A stretch of DNA of 64,000 nt from an uncultured Acidobacteriota bacterium (GTDB lineage Bacteria; Acidobacteriota; Thermoanaerobaculia; UBA5066; Gp7-AA6). Position 1 is the first letter of the stretch. Each line of letters begins with the position of its first letter. The DNA lies in contig CAVXTP010000015.1 in the NCBI GenBank assembly GCA_963764715.1, forward strand, positions 64,001 through 128,000, written 5' to 3'. Below the pieces are notes generated by a model. It was not told where the DNA came from, made no database searches, and was given only the letters and a program-made list of their open reading frames with translations. The position numbers were made by a program, and so were the translations under genes. Below are positions 38,023-50,100 of this stretch, one piece after another.

Positions 38023-38712
38023 ATGACCGCCATCATCGACATGCAGACCATCAGGAAGATCTACGACACCGGCAAGGTCAAGGTCGAGGCCCTGAAGGGC
38101 ATCGACCTCGCGGTCGAGCCCGGCGAGTTCGTCGCCATCGTGGGACCGTCGGGATCCGGGAAGTCGACGCTGATGAACCTGATCGGCTGCCTCGACACTC
38201 CCTCCGAGGGCACCTACCGGCTGGGCGGCGAGGACGTCTCGAAGTTCACGCGCGACGAGCTTGCCGACGTCCGCAACCGCCGCGTCGGGTTCGTGTTCCA
38301 GGGCTTCAACCTGCTGCCCCAGATTACCGCGTTCGAGAACGTGGAGATGCCGCTCCTCTTCGGCGGCGTGCCGCCGAAGAAACGCCGCGAGCGCACCACG
38401 GAGCTGCTGACCCGCGTCGGCCTCGGGGAGCGCATGGACCACAGGCCGACCGAGCTTTCCGGCGGCCAGATGCAGCGTGTCGCGATCGCCCGCGCCCTCG
38501 CCATGCAGCCGGACGTCGTCCTCGCGGACGAGCCCACGGGCAACCTCGATTCCTCGGCCGGCGGCGACATCATGGGCCTCTTCACCGAGCTCTGGAAGCA
38601 GGGCTCCACCCTCGTCGTCATCACCCACGACATGTCGCTCGCCCGGCGCGCGAGCCGGATCGTCGAGATCCACGACGGGAAAATTGTGCGCGACGGCGAG
38701 GTCGCGGCCTAG
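38023..38712 (+). CDS. MacB/LolD-like ABC ATP-binding protein
   Basis: GPSGSGKST, LSGGQMQRVAIARAL, ADEPTGNLD, ITHD. Confidence 0.94.
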   Translation: MTAIIDMQTIRKIYDTGKVKVEALKGIDLAVEPGEFVAIVGPSGSGKSTLMNLIGCLDTPSEGTYRLGGEDVSKFTRDELADVRNRRVGFVFQGFNLLPQITAFENVEMPLLFGGVPPKKRRERTTELLTRVGLGERMDHRPTELSGGQMQRVAIARALAMQPDVVLADEPTGNLDSSAGGDIMGLFTELWKQGSTLVVITHDMSLARRASRIVEIHDGKIVRDGEVAA

Positions 38713-39839
38713 GGGCCGGGGAAGAAGTTCGAGCCGATGTCCTTCAGCCCGTTCCAGTCCACCAGGTAGAAGCACGCCGGGGCGGCCTGATCGACGCGTA
38801 CCCGGGCCGTGAAGCCCTGGGGCGTGAACTGGCCAGTGATCGTGATCGTGAACTGCCCGCCCACGGCCTCGGGCTGCATCGCGAAGGACCCGTCGTCCTC
38901 GACCGTGCCCTCGTAGGTGATCCCGGCGTGGGTCAGGGTCAGCGCGTGCGAGCCGGGCGTCTGGACGACGGTCGTCGGGTTGTCCTGCACGGTGACGTTG
39001 GAGCAGGTGTTCTGCCCGGGGACGAGCGAGACCTGCGTCGAGAACGTCCCTCCCACCGAGAGGACGGGCGGAACGTCCTCGGCCCCGGCCACGAAGATGG
39101 GATCGGTCGTCGCGTTGTCGATCACGGCCGCGTAGCTGAAGACCTCCGGGCCGTTCGTCTGCACCGTCACGACCGAATCGGTCGTCTCGAGCAGGCCGTG
39201 ATTGATCCCGCCGGACCCGAAGATGTCGTTGATCTGGGCACCGGAGTGGGCTGGAATCGTCCGCCGGACCTCACCCACCCAGTGGCCCTGCCAGTACACC
39301 GCGAAGACCACGTCCGCCGCCGTGTCTTCGCCGTTGAAGGCGCCGACGTTGGTCCGGAATCCTTCTCCGGATCCCCCGTTCGCGATCTGCGTGAGCACGG
39401 AGTACCGGTGCGCGGAGGACGCTCCGACGCCCGGGATGAACATCCCGACGGTCGGCGTCGGCGCGGTCGAATAGAGGCGGCTCGTCACGACGACGTCCGA
39501 GGACGTCGCGGGAGGCGCGACGTCGAACTCGACGCCTCCGGCCGAGTTGGGCGCGGCGAACGCGGAGGCCACCATGTCGTCGAAGGCCCTCGACTCCCGC
39601 GGCGAGAGCGTGAACGTCGTCGGCGCGGACGCCGGGCAGGTCCCCAGGAAGCAGCGATAGGTCGCCGTGATCTCGGCTCCCGAGGCGTAGGAGGTGTTGA
39701 ACACGCGGACGTCCGAAAAGAAGGGCGACACGCCCACGATCGACGCCGCCGCCGGGATCGTGATCCGCGACGGCTGCGCCGAAAGCGGCGCGCACGCCGC
39801 CGCGGCGAGGAGGGCGAGGAGCGGCCGTCGCGACTTCAT
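38709..39839 (-). CDS. Secreted beta-rich hypothetical protein
   Basis: Signal peptide; SDVRVFN, FRTNVG.FN, YAAVIDNATTDP. Confidence 0.7.
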   Translation of the reverse strand: MKSRRPLLALLAAAACAPLSAQPSRITIPAAASIVGVSPFFSDVRVFNTSYASGAEITATYRCFLGTCPASAPTTFTLSPRESRAFDDMVASAFAAPNSAGGVEFDVAPPATSSDVVVTSRLYSTAPTPTVGMFIPGVGASSAHRYSVLTQIANGGSGEGFRTNVGAFNGEDTAADVVFAVYWQGHWVGEVRRTIPAHSGAQINDIFGSGGINHGLLETTDSVVTVQTNGPEVFSYAAVIDNATTDPIFVAGAEDVPPVLSVGGTFSTQVSLVPGQNTCSNVTVQDNPTTVVQTPGSHALTLTHAGITYEGTVEDDGSFAMQPEAVGGQFTITITGQFTPQGFTARVRVDQAAPACFYLVDWNGLKDIGSNFFPGP

Positions 39840-39889
39840 CGGTCGCCGGTCACACTAGCACCCGCGAGCGGGCGGCGATTATTGGAAAC

Positions 39890-42418
39890 TCATCGGGACG
39901 CGGGCGCGGTGAACGCCTTCGTCTCGTCGATCCCGTCGTTCGCAAACACGACGACGTTGGGATCGGGATCCCTCGTGAGGGCTTCGAGCAGGTCGAGGTC
40001 CTCCGTGCGGTGGAGCCGGCCGAGCATCTGGATCGCCTCCAGGCGGACGCCCCGGTTGAGGTCGGCGGTCAGGGTCCGCAGGCTCGCCGCGAGCTTCGGG
40101 TCGCCGGGGGCCGACGCCTCCCAGCCCTTGAGCGCCGCCAGCCGCAGGTCCGCGACGTACTTCGGCGCCGTGTACTTTTCGAACGTCGCCGCGAGGGCGG
40201 GATCGCCGAGCTTCGAGAGGCCGATGACAGCGCCGATCCGCACCGAGTCCCACCAGCGCGAGTCGCGCGAGAGCTGCTTCGTCAAATAGTCCTTCGCACC
40301 GGGCGCGCACAGCCGCCCGAGCGAGATCTCGGCAGCCGCGACGACGTCCTCGGCCCGGTCGGTCTCGATCGTGCGGCGGAGCGCCTCGCCCGCCGAGGCT
40401 TCTCCGGCCTGGCCCAGGGCCAGCGCCACGGCGCGGCGCACGCGCGGGTCAGGGTGCCCCAGCGCCCGGACGAGCGGCGCGGACCCCGCCGAGCCGCCGA
40501 TCCGCCCGAGATCGAGGGCCGCCTCCTGCTTCAGGCCCCAGTGCGCCGCCGGGTCGGTGAGGAGCTTCGTCAGCGCGTCGACCGTCCGCGAATCGGAGCC
40601 GAAGTCGTCGGCGAGCTGCCGGGCCGCGCGCAGCCTCGCGGCGAGGTCCCCGCCCGAGAGCTCGGCGAGCACCTCCGTGATCGGCCGCGCGTAGGCCACC
40701 TCGCAGACGAGCCAGCCGCCCTTGTCGAACGTGACGCGGGTCGGCCGGGTCTGTGCGGGCAGGGCGACCTTCGTCTCCCATCCGGACAGTTGCACGGTGT
40801 GCGTCTTCGTCCCGCCCGCCTCCGCGACCTCGATCTCGACCGGAAGGCGGAACTCGTTCTCGAACGGCAGGTCCGCCTGGATCTGCTTGACCGTCAGGTC
40901 GACCTGCCTTCGCTCCGGGGACCACCGGTACGACACCTCGAAGCGCGGATGGCCTCCGCCTCCGACGACCCAGTCCTCGAAGAACCACGAGAGGTTCCGC
41001 CCGGCCGCGCGCTCGATCGCCTCCTTGAGGTCCGCGGAGTCGACGTTCGAGAACTCGTGCTTCTTCAGGTACGCGGCGATCATCCGGTCGAAGTCGGCCT
41101 CGCCGAGAAAGTGCCGGATCATGTGCAGCACGAGCGCGCCCTTCACGTACGTCGTGTCCTGCTGGTACATCGCGCCCGGGTCCTTGTAGCGGAGGTATTC
41201 CATCGGCCGCACGCTGCCGGTCGTCCGGACGTAATCGACGTACTCGTCCAGGTAGGTCCAGCGCTGGTACGTCAGGTCGTCCTCGCCATGCGCCTTCGCG
41301 TTCCACAGCGTGTGCCAGAAGGTGGCGAAGGACTCGTTCAGCCAGATCGAGCCGAGCGACCGGCAGGTCACCATGTCGCCGAACCAGTGGTGCGCCAGCT
41401 CGTGCGCGACGACGTCCTCGTAGGAGAAGACCGGCCACGCCTCCTCGAAGGTCGGCGACATGTCCGGCGGGTCCCCGGCGAGCCGGAGCTCCGATTCCGT
41501 GAAGCCCGTCGCGCTCGTCGTCTCCATCGCGCCCGAGAACTCCCGCAGCACGACCTGGTCGTACTTGACCCAGGGATACGGGTAACCCATCTTCTGCGAG
41601 AAGAACTCGACCATGTCGGGAGTCTTGCCGAAGACGAACGTCGCCTTCTCCTCGGTGCCGGGAGGCGTCCAAGCCGAGAGCGGCACGGTCTTGACTTCTT
41701 GTTCCGCGCCGCGGAGCGGGACCTTCGCGTCGCGGAGCGGCACCTTCGTCAGCTCCGCCACGTCGACGGTCACGAGGTAGTTCGGGATCGGTCCGTCCTG
41801 GACCCAGTGAAAGGTGCGCGTTCCGTCCGGGTTCTCGCGCACGCCCTCGAGCCGGCCGTTGGCGACGACGGAGAGCGGCTTCGGCGCCGTCACGATCCAT
41901 TCCACGGAAAAGCGGTCGTTGGTGTCGTTGTAGATCGGCAGCCAGGCGCGGTGGAGTCCGCCCTCGCCGTAGTTCCAGGCCTCCGCCGTGCGCTTGCCTG
42001 CGGCCGGATAGAAGTACATTCCGCCCTTCGGCTTGCACGAATACGCGATCGCGACCGTCGCGGACTCGCCGATCCCGACGGGCGGGTCGAGGGTGATGTC
42101 GAGCTTGAAATTCCCGGCGTCCGTCGTGAATTTCTGCGGCTTTCCACTCCGCTCGACCTTCGTTACGGCGATGTCCGCGGCGTCGAGCGAGAGCGTCGCG
42201 AGCGGCGCGCGCAGGGCCTGGAACGTCACGGTCGCGGTCCCGGCGATCGAGGCGGCGGCCATGTCGAACGCGAGCTCCGCCTTGTAGCTCTGGATGTGAA
42301 ACGTCCGCTCGCGGACCGGCCGTTCCGGGCCCTCGGGCAGCCGGTGTCCGGGAAGCACCTGAGCGGCCGATGCGAGCGGCCACGAAGCGAGCGCCAGGAT
42401 GGCGAGGGCACGTTTCAT
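39890..42418 (-). CDS. M1 family aminopeptidase with C-terminal HEAT repeats
   Basis: Signal peptide; GAMET, HELAHHWFGD, WLNESFA, YVKGA.VLHM; HEAT repeats. Confidence 0.92.
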   Translation of the reverse strand: MKRALAILALASWPLASAAQVLPGHRLPEGPERPVRERTFHIQSYKAELAFDMAAASIAGTATVTFQALRAPLATLSLDAADIAVTKVERSGKPQKFTTDAGNFKLDITLDPPVGIGESATVAIAYSCKPKGGMYFYPAAGKRTAEAWNYGEGGLHRAWLPIYNDTNDRFSVEWIVTAPKPLSVVANGRLEGVRENPDGTRTFHWVQDGPIPNYLVTVDVAELTKVPLRDAKVPLRGAEQEVKTVPLSAWTPPGTEEKATFVFGKTPDMVEFFSQKMGYPYPWVKYDQVVLREFSGAMETTSATGFTESELRLAGDPPDMSPTFEEAWPVFSYEDVVAHELAHHWFGDMVTCRSLGSIWLNESFATFWHTLWNAKAHGEDDLTYQRWTYLDEYVDYVRTTGSVRPMEYLRYKDPGAMYQQDTTYVKGALVLHMIRHFLGEADFDRMIAAYLKKHEFSNVDSADLKEAIERAAGRNLSWFFEDWVVGGGGHPRFEVSYRWSPERRQVDLTVKQIQADLPFENEFRLPVEIEVAEAGGTKTHTVQLSGWETKVALPAQTRPTRVTFDKGGWLVCEVAYARPITEVLAELSGGDLAARLRAARQLADDFGSDSRTVDALTKLLTDPAAHWGLKQEAALDLGRIGGSAGSAPLVRALGHPDPRVRRAVALALGQAGEASAGEALRRTIETDRAEDVVAAAEISLGRLCAPGAKDYLTKQLSRDSRWWDSVRIGAVIGLSKLGDPALAATFEKYTAPKYVADLRLAALKGWEASAPGDPKLAASLRTLTADLNRGVRLEAIQMLGRLHRTEDLDLLEALTRDPDPNVVVFANDGIDETKAFTAPASR

Positions 42419-42497
42419 TTTTTTCTCCTGATGGGGCCCGGGGATTCTACGCCCGAGCGAAATCCCATAGCATGGCGCCACGTACGAGGAGAAATTC

Positions 42498-43442
42498 ATG
42501 ACCTCTCGATTGGCCCGTTTCGCCGCGGTCCTTCTCATCGTCGCGGGCATGCCGGGCAAGGCCCGCGCGCAGGTGTCGGCCGGTTCCTGGATCGACCGCG
42601 CGAGCTTCGAGTACTCGGTTTTCCCGAACATCGTCTATCGGACCGCCAACAACTCCCCGCTGAAGCTCGACCTCTACCTGCCGCCCAACCGCACGGCGCC
42701 CGTGCCGGTGGTCATGGTCATCCACGGCGGCGGATGGGTCGCCGGGAACAAGGAAGAGAACGCGCTGACGTTCCTTCCCTATCTCGCCATGGGCTGGGCC
42801 GCCGTCAACGTCGAGTACCGGCTGGCGGAGAGCTCGACCGCGCCGGCGGCCGTGGAAGACTGCCGGTGCGCCCTCGGCTGGATCCTCCAGAATGCGAAGG
42901 AGTACCAGCTCGACCCCGGCCGCATCGTCACCACCGGCTACTCCGCGGGCGGCCACCTCGCGCTGACGACCGGAATGCTCGATCCGAAGGCCGGCTTCGA
43001 CCGCGGCTGTCAGGCCAAGCGCACGATGGATTACTGGGGCGTCGGGGCCCCGCCCATGCCGAAGGTCGCCGCGATCGTCAACTGGTTCGGGATCACCGAC
43101 GTTGCCGGAATGCTGACCGGCGCGCCGAACGAGCGGGCTTACGCCATCGAGTGGATCGGCAACCCGTCCAACGCCTTCGCCCTGGCGACGAGCGTGTCGC
43201 CCCTCGCCATGATCCGTCCCGGCATTCCCCCGATCCTCACGATCCACGGCGACCAGGACCCGTGGGTCCCGTACAGCGACGGCGTGCGGCTCCACGAGGC
43301 GCTCCAGAAGGCGGGGCTCCCGAACCAGCTCCTGACGATCAACGGCGGCAAGCACGGGGACTTCACGTCGGCGGAGAACGACCGGATCTGGTCGACGATC
43401 CGCGAGTTCCTCAAGAAGAGCGGTCTGCCGACGGCGCCATGA
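42498..43442 (+). CDS. Secreted alpha/beta hydrolase (HSL-like esterase)
   Basis: HGGGW, GYSAGGHL, HGDQD..V, GGKHG. Confidence 0.9.
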   Translation: MTSRLARFAAVLLIVAGMPGKARAQVSAGSWIDRASFEYSVFPNIVYRTANNSPLKLDLYLPPNRTAPVPVVMVIHGGGWVAGNKEENALTFLPYLAMGWAAVNVEYRLAESSTAPAAVEDCRCALGWILQNAKEYQLDPGRIVTTGYSAGGHLALTTGMLDPKAGFDRGCQAKRTMDYWGVGAPPMPKVAAIVNWFGITDVAGMLTGAPNERAYAIEWIGNPSNAFALATSVSPLAMIRPGIPPILTIHGDQDPWVPYSDGVRLHEALQKAGLPNQLLTINGGKHGDFTSAENDRIWSTIREFLKKSGLPTAP

Positions 43443-44068
43443 CGATGCCACCGCCCGTCACGAAACGTCTCGCGCGGCGGTCGGCGGCCGCATTCGCTCT
43501 CGTAGCGCTCGGCGGGCCCGCCGTCGCGCGCGCCGCCGACTACGCCATCGACCCGGGATCCTCCAACGTCCAGTTCTCGGTGCCGGTCATGCTCGTCTCG
43601 AAGGTCACCGGAAAGTTCATGCGCTACGACGTCAAGATCGACGCCGGGAACGCCCGCGACCTTTCGCAGGCCAGGGTCGTCGCGGTCATCGAGATGGCGA
43701 GTGTCGACACCGGCAGTGACTCCTGGGACGGGAAGCTCCGGACGCCGGCGTTCTTCGACGCCGCGAGGTACCCCGAGATCCGCTTCGAGAGCCGCAAGGT
43801 CAGGAAAGCGGGGGGGCAGTGGCAGGCCGTCGGCCCGCTTTCGCTCCACGGCGTCACGAAGGAAATCACTCTGCCCTTCGAGATCAAAGGCCGTTTCGAC
43901 GGCCCGAATCCCGACGCGCACATCGGCATCCATACGACCTTTTCGTTCGACCGGCGCGATTACGGGATGGCCTGGACCGGCAACACGGAGGCCAAGTCGG
44001 TCGGGAACAAAGTCACGGTCGACATCGCGCTGCTGGCGACGAAGGTTCCCTCGCCGAAAAAGAAGTAG
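43439..44068 (+). CDS. YceI family protein
   Basis: YAIDP..S.V.F, V.GKF, SVDTG, FFDA..YPEI.F.S, LHGVTK, RRDYG. Confidence 0.88.
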   Translation: MTMPPPVTKRLARRSAAAFALVALGGPAVARAADYAIDPGSSNVQFSVPVMLVSKVTGKFMRYDVKIDAGNARDLSQARVVAVIEMASVDTGSDSWDGKLRTPAFFDAARYPEIRFESRKVRKAGGQWQAVGPLSLHGVTKEITLPFEIKGRFDGPNPDAHIGIHTTFSFDRRDYGMAWTGNTEAKSVGNKVTVDIALLATKVPSPKKK

Positions 44069-44100
44069 GGGCGGGGCTTGTCCCCGCCCTTCCGGGCTAC
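44065..44100. repeat. GTAG-REP between the convergent stop codons of the YceI and alpha-2-macroglobulin genes
   Basis: gtaggggcggggcttgtccccgcccttccgggctac. Confidence 0.85.
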
Positions 44101-47100
44101 CGCACCGTCAGCGTCGCTCCCGCCGAGTAGGCGTTGAACTCCGGCGCGTACATCGACTGCACGGTCGCGGGCGCGACCTTGAACGTCCCGCCCATGTTCG
44201 CGCGGATGCGGTGCCGGAACGTGTACTCGCCGACCGGCAGGCGCTCGAAGAAGAAGTTCGCGCCCGAGTCGCGGGTCTCCTCGTACCAGGAGATCCCGAG
44301 GTCCCACTTGTACCGCGACAGCACGTTCTCGGGCTCTGCCCCCGCGGGCCGGGGATCGCGCAGGTGGACGTACTCCGCGGCATGCTTCGAGCGGAGCGAG
44401 ATCTGCACCTCGATCTCGTCCCCGGCGCGCACCGCCGCGCCCTCGGAGAGCGGCTTCAGGACGAATCCGGAGGGCGTCGACTCCCGCAGGAAGTACTTGC
44501 GCGACACGGAGAAGAAGTCGCCCCGGTCTTCCTCGGGCAGCTTCTCCGTCGAGAAGTGCCACGTGGCCGAGGCGAAGGCGAGGCCCTTCCCGGTCTTCTC
44601 GATGCCGATCGAGGCGTCGCGGCGCGGATCGATCTTCTCGCCCGGCACCACGACCTGGTTGCGCCGGCCCGTGTAGCGGTCCGGCTCGAAAACGAAGGTC
44701 GTCTTCTGGCTCGCGACGTCGACCGTGACGTCCTCCCGGACCGCGAGGGCGCCCTCCTTCTTCAGGTACCACACCAGCGCGTAGATCGCCTCCGCCGTCG
44801 CCCGGGTCGACTTCCACTGGTTCATCTTCTTGTTGAGGAAGAGCCACTGGACGAGGCCGTGGCGGCGCGGGTCGGCCGGCTCGAGCTCCGCGAGCACGCG
44901 CAGGGCGAAGGCCTGCGTCTCGACCGTGTCGTTGTACCAGAGCCAGGAGCGGTCCTCGGGGGTGAAGGCCGTGCCGAGATCCGGATCGGTCTTCGCCGCG
45001 TCCATCACCGAGTCCCACACGAGCTTCGCGTCCTTCGGCCGGCGCATGCGCTGGAGGGTCAGCGCGAGCTGGCCCTTGAGCAGCGGGGAGTGCGCCTTCC
45101 ACCGGGCGAACGAATAGTCGAGGAGCTTCTTCCGGTACGCCTCGTCGAACGCCGGGCCGTACCAGCCGGCGTCCGGGTAGGAGGAGAGCACGTAGTTGAC
45201 GAACGTCGCGTACTCGCAGGTGCCCTTGTCGGCCATGCAGCGGTCGATGTCGCGGCGGACCTCGGCCCCGGCGTACTTCCACGCGGCGAGCGCCAGGTCC
45301 TTCGGCACGTCGACGCCGAACTCGAGGGCATGCGCGAAGCCATTGAGGATGTAGAGCGTCATGTAGGGAGAGGGCGGCCCGCCCGGCCACCACGGGAACC
45401 CTCCCGAGTCGGTCTGCGCCTGGCGGAGCTTGGCGAGCGCCGCGTCCCGGTCGGCCTTCGCGATGCGCGGATCGAGCACGCGCGTCAGGTCCGCGCCCGG
45501 TTTTCCGCCCCGGGCCTCCTCGAGCCACGGCGTCTCCTCGAGCTGCATCTTCCGGTTGGGATCGGCCGCGTCCCACGGCTCGAGCCGGGTGTCGCGCTTC
45601 GAGAGCTCCTGCGCCATCGCCGCGACGGCCGGATAGTCGCGGAAGACCGACGAGACGATCCCGGTCGAGAGGAAGCGATTGAGCGTCTGCTCGGTGCACT
45701 CGTACGGGTAGTTCACGAGATAGGGCAGCGCCGACAGCACCGAGTAAAAGAGCTGCCCGTCGACGGTCACGACGAGCTGCTCGTCGACGCGCGACGGATC
45801 GTCCGACCTCGCCATGTCGGCGAAGGTCAGTGTGCGGCGCTCGCCGCCGCGGAGCGCGGCGAACCTCGACTGCGCGAGCTGCATGCGGCCCGGCAGCACC
45901 GGCACGGGGCGCCGTTCGCCGTCCGACAGATCGCCCGAGACGGCCGTCGCCTGGATCGCATAGGACCCGACCCTTCGCGGCGTCGACAGCCGGAACGTCA
46001 CATCCGTCCCGGCGCCCGCGGCCGCGGAGAACGGCAGGGTCGCGCGCTCCGGCAAGAGGCCGAACTCGGACAGCGCGCTCGCGTTCGTCGCGGTGTCGAG
46101 GATCTCGAGCCGCACGCGGCCCGACAGTCCGCCCTCGGACGCGTTGTTGACGACGACCTTGAGGTCCGCCGCGTCGCCCTCGCGCAGGAAGCGCGGGACG
46201 TACGGCCGGACCATCAGGTCCTTGACGCTGCGCGTCTCCTTCTGCACGGAACCGGCCTTCAGGTCCTTCGTCACGGCGTGGACCCAGACGCTCCAGGACG
46301 TCACCGAGTCGGGGACCGTGAACTCGATCGAGGCCGACCCGTCGGGCCCGGTCAAGAGCTGCGGCTTCCAGAAAGCGGTCTCGGAGAAGTCGGCGCGAAT
46401 CGCGATCGGCCCGGGCGCCTCGGCGCGGGCCTTGCCCTCGTCCTTGAGGCGCACCTCTTCCCTGGCCTGCCCGGCGACGAATCCCTCGGCAACCGGTGCG
46501 GAGGCCGGAGCGGCGGCGTCGACCGACTGCGCCTTCGCCATCGCCATCACGTTCCGCCGCCCGGGCCCGCCGAAGGCGTAGCCTCCGGGGAACTTCAACG
46601 TGTCGGGGCGAAGCGGCGGGTAACCTGGAAGTTCGGGGAAATTTCCGCGAACGTGACCGAAATAGGCCTCGCCGAGATTCGAGCTGCTCGGCCAGACGTC
46701 GGTGTGCGACGGGTAGAGGGACAGCGGGCTCGGCGGGTGGTACGGAGCGAAGGCGTCGAGGCTCCGGTCGTACATGCTGGCGAGGATCTCCGCCGCGGCC
46801 GTCTCGACCGGCGCCCCGCCGGGGGCCTCGACCTTGACGGTCCACGTCTCCGCCTGTCCCGGCCGGAGCTCGTCGCGGAAAGTCGCGAAGCTGACCTTGA
46901 GCTCCTTGTCGTCCCACGGCACGAAGACGGTCTGGGTCTGGGTGACGAGCTGGTGATCCCGGACCATCGTCAGCTTGACGGCGAAGCCGCCGCGATGCCT
47001 CTCCTCGATCGGGATTTCGATGACCGCCGCCGACTTCCCCGCGACGAGCGTGCGGCGCTCGACCGCCGCCCCGTCCCGGTCGATCTCGAAGTAGAGGTTC

Positions 47101-50100
47101 TGGCCGGCGAGGCCCGAGGACGCGAGGATCCGCGCCGTCCCTCCGACGGGGACCGACGGCGCCTCGGCGAGCAGGACGGCCGGAAGCGCGAGCGGCGTGC
47201 TCGCGGCGGCGACGAGGATCTCGCGCGGCGCCTCGTACTCGGCGCCGAACTCGTCGCGCGTCCGGTAGACGAGGCGGTACGCGCCGGCGGAAAGGTTCGG
47301 GACCGCGATCCGCGCGATGCCCTTCGCGTCGTGCGTGAGCTCCCCCTGCGCCACCTCGACGCCGTTCTTCCACTGCGCCATGACCTGCTCCGCCGCGTAC
47401 CCGGTCTGCCACCGGGGGCGCAGAGCGTCGCCCGGCGTCCGGAGGCCGCCCTCCGCCGTCTCGGTCGGATCCGGCGGAAGGTCCGCCGGGAGCGGCGCCT
47501 CGGACGGTTGCTCGAGCCGGAAGAGGCGCCACCCGCCCTGACCCGCGCGCGGCGCCCCGTCGAGGTTCGTCCGGACGACCGTGACCTCGGATCGATCGCC
47601 CGCGCGCAGGAACGCGCCGGGCAAGTCGATGCGCGCCTCGACCGCGACGAACCCCAGGCGGAAGGTCCGCGTCGCCGATCGCGTCTCGCCGCCCTCGTCC
47701 GAGGCGTCGGCGGAGACCGCGTAGCGATAGGTCGTCGCGCTCTGGCCGGCGAGCCGCTCGTCGGCCTTCGGCGTGAATGCGATCGTGAACGAGCCGTCGG
47801 CCTGGAGGGCGGAGGTTCCCGCCGCGATCGTCTCGGTCCGGACGTCGGGGTGGAATCCCCGCCACCAGAACCACCACGGGAAGCTCGGCGTGCGCGTCAC
47901 GTTCCACCGCACGCTGCCGGAAGAGACCGGCAGGCCGAAGTAGTAGCGCGCCTCTCCGGTCACACGGGCGGGCCGATTGAGGCGGAGGGCTTCGGTCGAG
48001 TCCTTCAGCGTGACCTCGAAGGTCGGCCGCTTGTACTCCTCGACCCGGACCGACGCGCCGCCGCCTTCGAGCGACGTCGCGACCCGCCAGGCGCCGAGCG
48101 CCCTTCCGGCGGGAATCGCGAACTCGCCCGCCGCCGTCCCGAAATCGTTCGTCGTGACGGAACGGCTTTCGACCGACTGGCCGTTCCGATCGTAGAGCGT
48201 GACCGTGACCGGCGACCGGAGAAGCGCATGGAAGCGGCCCGCGCGGGCGTCGCCGTGGTAGGCGAGCACCTTCCAGAGGATCTTCTGGAGGGGCCGATAG
48301 ATGCTGCGGTCCGTGAAGACGAGGGATGCGGTCGTGGGCCCCTCCGCCGAGGCGGGACGCCAGCCGTACGGCGTTCCGCTGCCGACGGCGAGGTCCGCGC
48401 CGCGGCGGGCGAAGACGAAACGCTCCGCCCATCCCCGCTCGGCCGGAAAGTCGAGCACGGCCCGGCCTTCGCGGTCGGTCACGGCCTCGCCGATCCGCTG
48501 GGTCGACGTCGGGTTCCAGCGGCCCTTCAGGACCGTGATCGCGACGCCGTCGAGCGGCCGCCCGGTCTCTCCCGACAGCGCGAGGATCTCGATCTTCTGG
48601 CGCCCGTCCGCTCCCGGGGCGCCCGCCGTCTCGACCAGGACGAGGTCCGACAGGAGGAACCCCGCCGCGACGACGGGAAAGCCGCGGCCCGCCGAGAAGG
48701 AAGGATCGCCCGAAGCGGCGACGACGTAGTAGCCCTTCGCCCGCATCGGCGGAACGACGAACGTCTGGTGCTCGAGGTAGTCCGGTGTCGCCGGAAGGAC
48801 GGCCGACCACTCGGCGGCCGGGCGCCCGATCAGCAGGCGCTCGAGCTCCGGCCCCTGCGGCAGGATGGCGCGGAGGTCCCTCTCGGACGCGACCCGCGCC
48901 GGCAGGTCGACGGCCCAGGCGCGAAACGTGAGCCTCGCCACGTTCTTGTGGCGGACGAGAATCGAACGGCGGTCGGCCCCGTCGCTCTTCATCGTCGTCA
49001 ACTGGTAGGCCGGAGCCTCGATCCGCTGGACGATCGCGAGGCAGCGTCTCCCGCCGGGCGACTCGGGAAAGGCGCGCCGGCCCTTCTGCGCGGCTTCGCG
49101 GGCGCGGACCAGGCGGTCGGGCCGGCGTCCCGGCTCGAAGAGCTCGGCGAGCTGCGCCTCTCCCATCGCGTACCAGGGCAGGGCGGCCATCGCCGGGAGA
49201 CGCTCCTCGAGGTCGCGGGAGATGGTCTCGCGATCGCTCGCCTCCGTGAACGCGCCGCTCAACCGACGCTCGCGCTCGAGCCGCGCCTCGAACGCCGCTT
49301 CGCGCTCGCCGCGGCCGGCGTGCCAGCCCTCGAGGTCGGCGAGGACGGCGACGAGGCGCGTCACCGGGTGGTTGGCGTCGTCGTCGAGCTTCACGGATGC
49401 GGTCGATTTCGCGTCGGCGCGCAGCAGCTCCGTCAGGTCGAGGGTGAAGACGGAGTTCGACTGCGCCGGGCTCCAGCCCGTCGAGTCCGCGAGCAGGGCC
49501 ACGAAGAAGTAGCCGACCGCGTCGCGCAGCGTGTCGCGAATCCCGGGCGGGTAGTCGTTGGGCTGCACGAACTCCGAAAGGGCCTGGACCTTCTCGGCGC
49601 CGAGGGCCTCCCGGTCCTTCCAGATCGCGACGTACGCGCGCGCGGCCTCGTCGTAGATCTGCTCGCGCGTCCACGCCTTCAGGTCCACCTGGCCCGTCGA
49701 CTCGACGCGCTCGCGCCGCGAGATCTCCCACGAGTACATCTGCGCGTAGTTGACGAGGGACTGCGCGTAGAAGAGCTCGAGCGCCGTGCGGGAAAGCAGA
49801 TCCGGCGGCCAGGGCTCGTCCTTGAGGAACCGCACGGCGGTCTCGTAACCGTGGAGACCGGTGCGGAGCTGCACCGAGCGGATGAGCGCCTTCGTCCAGT
49901 CGGCCGAATCGCGGCGCGCCTTCGCCGACTGGAGGAGCGCGTCGACCTGCCGGGAGGCCTCCTCGAATTTCTGTTCGGAGACGAGCCCGTCGACGTCCTT
50001 CCAGGAGGCGGGAGACGGCGGCGCGGGTGTCGGCGTCCGCGTCGCCGCGACGGCGACGGCGGCTTTCTTCTGCGGCGGCGCGGTCGACGCCGTTCCCGCC

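Noticed and set aside
39890-42418. Inactive M1 peptidase (GAMET instead of GAMEN)
   Set aside because: The HExxH-X18-E zinc motif and the Glu of the exopeptidase motif are intact; the variation is minor.
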